The notes under the pieces: model-generated
Database searches by the model: none
What the model saw: only the letters and a program-made list of their open reading frames with translations
What the model was told of the DNA's origin: nothing
NCBI GenBank assembly: GCA_026936335.1
Contig: JAPMXV010000019.1
Coordinates: forward strand, 62,001-126,000
Direction: 5' to 3'
Source of the DNA: Mantamonas sphyraenae STR306
Taxonomy: Eukaryota > Protista > CRuMs
Length of the DNA: 64,000 nucleotides
Part shown: positions 51,264 through 59,932 of the stretch, piece after piece
How the letters are laid out: each line of letters starts with the position of its first letter
Numbering within the stretch: the stretch's first letter is position 1
Program-made: the position numbers and the translations under genes

Positions 51264-52374
51264 ATGTGTGTGTATCCATGCACAGGGTGCCAATGTTGAC
51301 ACACCCTCGAAACACTCACACTCACACACAATCACACACTCATGATTACGGTTGATCTCATCCGTGTGCACAACACCGTGGGGCTTCTACCTTGTACACA
51401 GCGTTGGATCATGCTCACCTCGCGTACACTGGAGATCTACGAGGACAACGATGTGAGTGTATTTCCCATTTTTCCGGAACCCAGGGCAGGGGTCCACCGT
51501 TTTTTCCCCCACTCCCCCAAGCGTATGTGTGGATGGCTGACCCGCTCCCGTGTGTGCGTTTGGTGTGTGTTCTTGCCACCTCCAGTTTGCCAACAGCCCG
51601 TTGGGTTTCACGCAGCTGTATCAAATTAGGAGCGTCCACGCGGTCGACCGGGACGTGAGCAAGGCGCACCAGTGCTTCGACGTCGTCACCAACACAGGCG
51701 TCCTCACCTTCCAGGCCTACAAGTCGCAGGACGATGTCAAGTGCAGCTGCGGCTGCGGTGGCTCTGTGGACGACTTTAACCGCTGGATGGGTGGCTTTGA
51801 GGAGCTACTGGGTGTAAGTGGCTGCCATTCCCATTGCCCCCATTCCACCCCCGCTCCCCCCTCCCCGCCTCCTTCCTTCCATGGATGACTCACACAGAGT
51901 GCACGGACCATGACACCACCACAGTCGGACATTGTGTCCAAGACACCAATCAACACAGACTCGCCGGCTGACAAGGAGGGGTACATCAAGAAGGAGGGCG
52001 AGGTGCGCAAGAACTGGAAGAAGCGATACTTTGTGGCCAATGGACCCTTGATGAAGTATTACGAGAAGGAAAACCGCAACAAGCTCAAGGGAGCCCTGGA
52101 TCTGCGTTCGTACACGTCTGTGAGTGAGGCTGACACGGGCAAGCCCAACTCGTACATCCTGTCTGCGCCTGCCAAGCGCAGCTTTGTGTTGCACACCGAC
52201 AAGCAGGAGGACATCCAAGGCTGGGTGGATCACTTCAACACACACGTCTCATCCAAGCGTCGCCCTTGGGACAAGAGCTTCACCGTCAGCAGCTCGGGCA
52301 ACAAGGACAAGGACGGCGAGGGCAACTCTTCCAAGGGCAAGGGCAAGGATGTGGAAGAAGACGAAGAGGATTGA
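50232..52374 (+). CDS. Ankyrin repeat + tandem PH-domain protein
   Basis: Three ankyrin repeats; PH1 (GWLKI...W..RWIML....L.IYE...W) and PH2 (KEGYIKKEG..RKNWKKRYF...W). Introns 50611-51060, 51204-51401, 51453-51585 and 51814-51897. Confidence 0.8.
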
Positions 52375-52459
52375 GTGCACATCGGTGTGCCCGTGTGCAG
52401 CAGCAGAGAGGCAACACAACACAAAAAGTCACTTTCATTCGTTGTCCTTTGCTTTTTGC

Positions 52460-54970
52460 TCAGCGACGCTGTCGCTTGGAATCGTGTCCTCGATGGTGAT
52501 GGCGATCGTACTCTCTGTCATCGTGGTACCTCTTGCGATCATAGTCTCGCTCGCGTGGAGGTTCTTGTCGATGATGCTGCTGCTGATCCCGTTCATACCT
52601 GTCGCGTCGATCATACCGTGCCCTCTCCCTCGCATGGTGATGATCCCTGTGTTCCCGGTCGTCGTAACGTCGTCCCCTGTCGTCGTGGCGACCCCTGTCC
52701 CTGCGTTCGTCCCTGTGCACATCCCGCCTGTCGTATCTTTCCCGACGCCGATGATCATCATACCGATCATCGTACCGATCGTCACGCCGTTCATGCCGTT
52801 CATGCCGTTCATGTCGTTCATGTCGCTCTCCCCACGTTCCCTCTCTCGGTCCCTGTCTCGGCTGTCGTGTGTGGTGTTGCTCACCAGCGGTACGATCATC
52901 GACCCCGACAAACTGCTCGACGCCTGCTCCATGTCTGCTCTGGGTGACCGTTCACCATACGCACTCGTGGTCGTCGATGTAGACGATGACATTGCCATGC
53001 TGTCATCGTACATGGGTGCACTGTGGTCCTCGTTATACCCTCCCTGTGGACCACCCTGGCCGTGGGCAACAAGAGGAACGCCACTGTTGGCCCCAACAAC
53101 ACCTCCTCCTACTCCCTGTGCTCCCTGTGTCATCTTGTTGGGACAATCACGCACGAGATGGTCGGGCGAACCACAGACAAAGCAAGTGCGTTGTGGCCGT
53201 TGGGTCATCTTTTGCTGCAACGCCTTGTTTTGTGCCTCTGCCAACATCTGCTGGTACTTGCTAAACTGCGCCGGGGTGGTGGAAGGCACTTGTTGGTGTT
53301 GTTGCTGTCTCATCTTCACAAACTGTGCATGGTCCACATGACCCTGCTGCTGCTGCTGCTGCTGTTGCTCTTCCCCTCCTCCATTTCCCTGCTCGCCTCC
53401 TGCGTCGCCTCCTCCCTCTCCATCCTGCTTGTCATCGCCTCCCCCGGAGGAACGAAACAGTTCCACTGCCTTGCGCACGTGTGTATTTGGCACAATGTTG
53501 TCCACCAGCACGCCGGGCGTCTGGCACTGCGGACACGTAAAGTTCTCTTCAATCAACGCCCTGCGGATGCAATCGTCGCAAAAGCTGTTGCCGCAGCATG
53601 GAAGCAACACAGCCTCACGAAACAGACGTCGACAGAGCGGACATCGCAGCTCGTCCGGTGCCGTGCTGTCCAGATCGCTCGACGGTGCCTCGTATCCTGC
53701 CACTGCCTTGCGGAACTTTTCCCTGTCATGGTTGAAAGGGTGCCCCAGTCCAAAAGCACAACCTGCGTGTCAGTGTGCCTTTCATGTCACCGCTCTCACA
53801 CCCTCTACACCTCTCTCCCCTCAACTCCCTTCACACACACAGACACACACACACGCACGGCACTCACACTTGAGGAATCATCGTTGCAAAGCCGCCGCCC
53901 TCGGTGCGCATCGAGGCACTGCTCATGTCCACACTTGTGTTGAGCTGTGTCTTGGGAATGCCCGTGGGAAGCTTGAAGCGCTTGTGGTCAAAGGCCGGGT
54001 CGCCGTTGGTCGGACAGTTTTGGATGTAGTGACCGGGCTGGTTGCACCTGTGACACACATACCCTGGAGGAGGCAGGTCACCTGTGTCACCACCAAACCC
54101 TGTGTTGCTGTAACTACCCGTGGTGCCTTCGGTGCCACTGACCAGTTTGTTTCCACCCACCCCACTGCTGCTGCCGCCGCTGTCCCCTCCTACTCCTCCC
54201 ATCACCCCACCTGCACTGCCCAACAGTGATCCTCCTCCACCTGAGCCTCCCTGTGTCTGATCTGTGTTGCCTGCCATTCCGCCTCCCATACCCTGCCCTG
54301 CAAACACAGAGGGTCCGAATGCTCCTGCGCCTCCACCACCCACTCCTCCTGCTCCACCACCACCACCACCACCACCCATCCCTGCTCCTGCTCCTCCCGC
54401 TGTGTTTCCATTGATCAGTTGCGCCAATCCGGACAATGCTCCCAGTTGTTGCTTCAGCTTTTCCGCCGCCGCAAGTTCCGCTTGCACTTCATCCATGGTG
54501 GTGTTTCCGCCCCCTGATGATCCTGTGCCTGTCCCACCTCCCTGGTTCCCACCACCACCACCACTGCTGCTGCTGCTGCCCCCGCTGATGTTGCTGCTGC
54601 TGCTGCTGTTGGTGTTCTTCCGGAACGGCCTCGCTTGCTTGCTTGTGCGTTTGACAATCAACGCCGTATTGCGCGGGATCTTGGCATACCAGTCGTACTC
54701 TGTGTGACGTGTGTGTGTGTGTGTCAGCAGCGTCATCACTCCAACCCCACAACCTCCTTGTTCATAACACATCCCCTCGTTTCTCCTCCACACACCTTCC
54801 CCCGAGTCGCTGTTGACCACGTTCAGGTCAAAGTCGTCGCCGCTGCCAAGTTGCTTCTGCTCGCAGATGCGCTTTTTCAGCTCCGGCACAGAGATGAACA
54901 AGCCATCGAATGCAATGCGGTCAAATGCCTTGGCCGATTTGAATCTGTAGTGCACCACGCCTCCACTCAT
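52460..54970 (-). CDS. RBBP6: RBBP6/Mpe1 (DWNN, zinc knuckle, RING) 3'-end processing factor
   Basis: VHYRFKSAK.FDRI.FDG, PPPGYVCHRC..PGHYIQNCPTN.D, TGIPK, C3HC4-like RING (CPLC...CCGNSFCDDCIR), a second knuckle and an RD/RE-rich tail reached via a 1-nt frameshift near 52830. Introns 54700-54795 and 53723-53867. Confidence 0.93.
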
Positions 54971-55068
54971 TTGATGCCCGTTTTCGTTTGTGAGTGCGGC
55001 CCGTCGCACCCGCTGCCCCAACGCTTTCGTCCTCCCTTCCGCTTCCGCTTTGCGCTGGGACACCTGTT

Positions 55069-56796
55069 ATGAGCCAAAACATCAGCCAGGAGGGCGCTAA
55101 GGAAGAGTCACAATGGGCCAAAGAAAACTTCAATCTGGGTGATGAGGACTTTGAGGAGCTCCTGGAGCTGGAACAGGACATTGATGGCTGGGAGCACACC
55201 ACCAGCAAGAACGGCATCGACCTCTGGAAAACAAAGGTATGGTGCAAGCGCACAACACACACAACACACACGCACACACGCACACACACACACACACGCA
55301 CATACGCACATACACGTCCCATGAGATATCCATCCTCTCGTCACCTATCCACGCCTGTGTATGTTCCCCAGTACACGGCCTTGAACCATTCCTCTCGCCC
55401 AAACTCCGCCCCGTTCTGCTGGCACTGTGAGGCCCCTCCTGCCTTTGTCCCGGCCCTGGTCGTCCTGTATGCAGTATGGAATGGCGTCTAGGCATGTGAT
55501 GCGCATGTATGACAGAGAGTGGAATTGCGAAAGGCAGTGGAAGGCCCTTGTGTAGGGCCCTGTCGACCGAAACGCATGGCCTTCGGGGATCAACAGTGCC
55601 CAATTCCCTCTCACCGGAGCCGTTTCCTCAGCCATGCGTTCTCTTTTGCATGTCCACGCCCACCACCCATACACACACTGTGGTGTGCATTCATGACACG
55701 ACACTGCACGTCGTGTCCTGCTCCTGATGGCCGACGATGTCCCTTTGTTCCGTTTTCCCGCGGTCCCAGCGACCCGCGTTTTTTCAAGCAAGACCCTCGC
55801 ATGGCCCGCGCGCAGCACACAAGCACGTGTGCCTCATGGCAGTGGCTGACACGGTGAGCACCATGACGATGTTACACCCTTGCACAGGTGGAAGGCTCGT
55901 CACTGTATCTAATCAAGGGTCGGGGCTACCTGGAAGGGATCACGCCGGCGACTGCCTACGAAGCGGTGTGCAACACGCCGGTGAGGTTGAAGTGGGACGA
56001 ATACGTGCAAGAGTCATGGGAGGTGGACAGGAAGGATGAGGACAACGTCATCATGTACTATGCATACAAGTCGCCGTCTGTGGTGGCCGACAGGGACTTT
56101 CTGCAGTGTCGCAGCGTCAAGTTCGACTACCCGGACGAGGGCGACATCATGGTCCTCTACAGGTCCATTGAACACGACGACTGTCCGCTTCGTGACAATT
56201 TCGTGCGTGCACACACGCAAATCAGTGCACAGATCTACCGCAAGAGCGGCGAGGACACGGAGCTGACGATCTTTTCGCACAACGATCTCAAGGGTGACAT
56301 CCCCACCTTTGTCATCAACATGGTGGCTGCCCAGGCCCCGCTCCAATGGTATGGGTCCCTGCACAATGGATGCCTGCAGCTCTTGGACAACCCCGAGGAC
56401 ATGCGCGAGAGCGTGGAGGGCAAGAAGAAGCGCATGGCCAAGCAACGCCAGGAGCTCCTCGAGACCGTGTTTTCCCTCACCGAGAGCGAGAGTGGACGTG
56501 TGGTGGCCCACTTTGAGTGCACCCACGAGTCATCCAAGGGCGAGCTCATTGTGTCGGAGAAGCACGTGTGCTTCTATTCGGCCCAGGACAATGTCGCACA
56601 CGTCGTGGAGCTCCACACCATCGGTGCCGTGCAGAAGAAGAGCACCAATTGGTTCTTCGGCAACGCCCTGTCCATCGAATACGCAGAGGGTGAACTCACC
56701 TTTAAGGACTTTGACCATGCACGCGACGCCGTCCACGAAACCCTCCAGTCCCTCATTGAAACCTATGGCAAGAACGGACGCCTGCTCTCATCGTAG
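55069..56796 (+). CDS. START-domain lipid-transfer protein with C-terminal GRAM/PH-like domain
   Basis: R.KWD, SPSVVADRDF, P....FVRA and DLKG.IP...IN (START); F.C......G.L.VS...CFYS...I..VQK (GRAM-like). Intron 55237-55887. Confidence 0.85.
55515..55640. ncRNA. Candidate structured intronic RNA (three-way junction plus pseudoknot), family unassigned
   Basis: Five nested helices and a 10-nt perfect loop-to-flank complementarity (details in findings). Confidence 0.4.
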
Positions 56797-57087
56797 ACAG
56801 GGTCCCTGCAACACAACCACAAACACAGACAAGAGACCGTCATACGCACACACACACACACACACACGCACACACACGCGCGCGCGCTCACACACGCACC
56901 TTTGGACAACGGGAACGGCCAACTCGGAAGTATCAGCTCCGGTTCGCCGCGGGCCAGGAAGTGTGAGTGCAAGAGAGCGTGTGCGAATGTGTCGAGTGTG
57001 TTGTGGTGTTGCCGTGTGTTGACGGCAAATTCGACAAAAACAAAACGCCAATCCCCAAACCATTCTCTGTTTTCTCCATTGCTGTTC

Positions 57088-59870
57088 TCACAACGTGCTA
57101 AACTGCCCGTACACAATGTCGCGCACCTTGAAATACAGCTCGGAAATGACGCCATCAAACTCCAGCTGCTCGTCCTTTTTGCTGATGCGAACGCTTCCGC
57201 CCTCGCAAACGAGCACGCCTCCAGCCAGCTCGGAGCGGATGCCGTGGCGAGCCAGCTGCTGCTTGAGATCCTGCAGCAGGACGTCGCCCACAAAGGAGGA
57301 GTTGTGTACACTGGCCTGCATGTCGGTGCGCTTGGACACAGGGTTCAGCATGGGCAATCCAATGGCCACGTTGTTCTCGTCTGCCTCGGGCAGGGTCAGA
57401 TAGGCATCCACGTACGACAGGCGGTAGTCTTCGATTTCCACAAACTCCATGGCGTCGAAAAAGTTGTCTGTGAGACGCACCGTGAACATGTCGGTGGCAA
57501 ACGTTGCGTCGACCGTCTCTCCCACGTCCGGTGTAAACACAGGCATGCTGTTGTTGCTCTGTCTGGTCAGCATGCCTCGCAGCGAATTCACTGCAATGCG
57601 TGTGCCGTGCACAAGCACCAGTTTTCGCGGATCCAGCTGCCCAATCAACTTGCGCACCGCATCACCGTCCGATCGCCCCTCTTTGTCCACATACTGTCGC
57701 TGACACCTCACCGTCAGCGTAATGTCCTGCACGATCTCCTTGGTCGGGATTTCCTCCTCATCCTCGTCGTCTTCCTCCTCGTACGCGGCTGCCCCATTCA
57801 TCGACCCCTCCACATCCATCCCATCTCCCATTGACATCGAGGACGACGATGACGACGACGACGACGATGAAGACGACGATGATGATGACACTGCCCCGTC
57901 CGTCTGTGTGTCCTGCAACACGTCGTCCAGAAAATCGTTGTCGTCCAGCAGCTCACCGTACTCGTCTGCCACAACGTCGTGCTCCTCGTACTTGAACATG
58001 AGAAACCCTCCACGTCGTTGACCTCGCATACGCCTTCGTCGGGACGAGCGGATTGGTTTTGATGCCTCCATGGTCTGTTGTTTTTGCTGCTGCTGCTGCT
58101 CGCCCTCTCCCGACTCTGTCTCCATCCCATTTGCATCCTCTGCCTGTTCTTGCTCCTCTTGCATGTGTGCCTGCTGCTCCTCGCTTCCGTCCCCGCTTCC
58201 ATCTGCGTCGACGTCCACGGCGCCCTCCTCCACATCCATGCCATCCGCCCCTCCTACGTGATCCCCTCCAGCCGTTGCCGTTGCTTCCACACCGCCGTCT
58301 TGTTGTTGCTGCTGCTGCGTGCCTCCTTGGAAATAATCAATGAGCTCTTGGCCCTGGAGCTCCTGCAACAGGCGCACAGTGACATCGAGCTCCAGCTCGC
58401 CCTGCGCGGACGACACAACCTTGCGTGCCAGGCTCTTGTGGTAGCCGCGGTCTGTAAACAGGATCAGATTCTTTGGATCCTGGCACCATTCGATAAAGAG
58501 GGTGCGTGCAAAGCCATAATCCAGGCTGGCACTGCTGGCCATCACCACACAGGGGGCCCCCTTGGCCACAATGTCGTCCAACTCCTGCAGCGTCGTCACA
58601 CACCGCACCCGCTGGAATGCAAACGGATTCACGCGCGTCTGCGTAAACTTTTTGTTGGTGCGTTCGTTCATCCACTCCATGGAGCCCTTGGCAAAGCTCA
58701 TGGTGGAGTGCACCGTGTGTGTGAGCAACACCAACGGGTACCCGTCAAAGCCACCCTTGCTGTTCATCCAAATGTCCTCCAGGGTCAACGCCAGCTCAAA
58801 CATGCGTCCTGCCGTGTCCACTGGCAACAACACATGGCCCCCTTTGCGCACGGCGCCGAATATCAACTTTGCAATCCGTTTGTCCAGATCCTTCTGCTTG
58901 CCTGCCGTGGAGATGGTGGCATTGTATGCGTCGGCAATGAGCACGTGTGGCCTGTCCAACGAATGGAACACGGTGGCATCAAACACCCTGTCTCGTCTGT
59001 GGTTGTAATCCACCGCGTACACAATGTCTTCTGCCTCTTTGCTGATCTTCCACACCGTCCCTCCCAGCATGTTGCCTGCGTTGTACGGTGTAATCACAAT
59101 GTCCTGGCCCTTGTCCGGCAGGCTTTCAAACTGCGAATACTTCAGCGTAGTGATCGAGTCGAACGCCACATCAATGTCGTCCAGCGAAATGGTGTCAAAG
59201 TGGCTCTCCTCTGTGTGGGCCAACACCAGGTCGTACAACACCATCATGCCCATCTGACGTGTTGGTGTCGTGGCGTACACGGGACAGGAAAGGCCACACT
59301 TGGCCACCAGGTAAGGCAGCGCGCCCAGATGTTGCACGTCGGCGTGCGAGAGCAACACAAAGTCCACCTTGTCCACCACGCTGTGGCGCCACACACACCA
59401 GTGATTGGGTGGTTCACACGCGCATGCGTAGAGCACATGTACAGAGACACACACGGTTGCGTCAGCGGGTTGCAAATGGGTGTGCAGGCAGAAGGAGGGG
59501 CGTTGTAAAGTGGCTGCCAGGAAAGAGGGCGCGGAATGCGAGCCGAGCACTTTGGGGTTGGGTGACAGGGAAGCAGCAGGGGGAGATGGCACGAACAAAG
59601 GGAATGCACGGCATAGCTTACTTGATGATGGGCTGGATGGTCTGCACGTCAAACTGCTCGTCCCAACCACAGTCGAGCAGGATGACGACGTCGTCAATCT
59701 GCAGCAAGTAACACAGCTGATCCTCGCTCTGCGCGCCGCACAGGGGCGTCACGCGGATAATCGCAGACTGTGGAAAGAGTGTGCATGCGCCACATCTCAT
59801 GTGTTAGTGCTTCCACACATACGTCCCTCTGTCCATCGTTTCCCACCACCCAATCATGCACACCTACCAT
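57088..59870 (-). CDS. CPSF2: Cleavage and polyadenylation specificity factor subunit 2 (CPSF100)
   Basis: TPL.GA......CYLL.ID...ILLDCGWDE.FD, LLSH.D..HLGALPY, AG.MLGG.VWKI.K..EDIVYAVDYNH, EGRSDG, PRKLVLVHG. ATG-only first exon. Introns 59768-59867 and 59381-59621. Confidence 0.96.
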
Positions 59871-59932
59871 TTGGCGGGGTCAGTGGTTCGGCTGCTGCGG
59901 ACGACGCAACGAAACGCCCCCCAAAGGCCACG
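59871..59932. promoter_or_regulatory. 62-bp putative bidirectional promoter (CPSF2 / coiled-coil gene) with central dyad
   Basis: Divergent ATGs; TGCG-N5-CGCA at 59896-59908. Confidence 0.5.

Noticed and set aside
55560-55640. Hammerhead ribozyme (CGAAAC...GTT on plus, CTGAGGA on minus) or SAM-I/cobalamin riboswitch
   Set aside because: The core elements are not in the required order, stem II and stem I cannot be formed, and the riboswitch consensus blocks are incomplete.
11742-57890. Poly-Ser/Gln/His/Ala trinucleotide tracts as a special system
   Set aside because: They are scattered through unrelated genes, consistent with genome-wide slippage.
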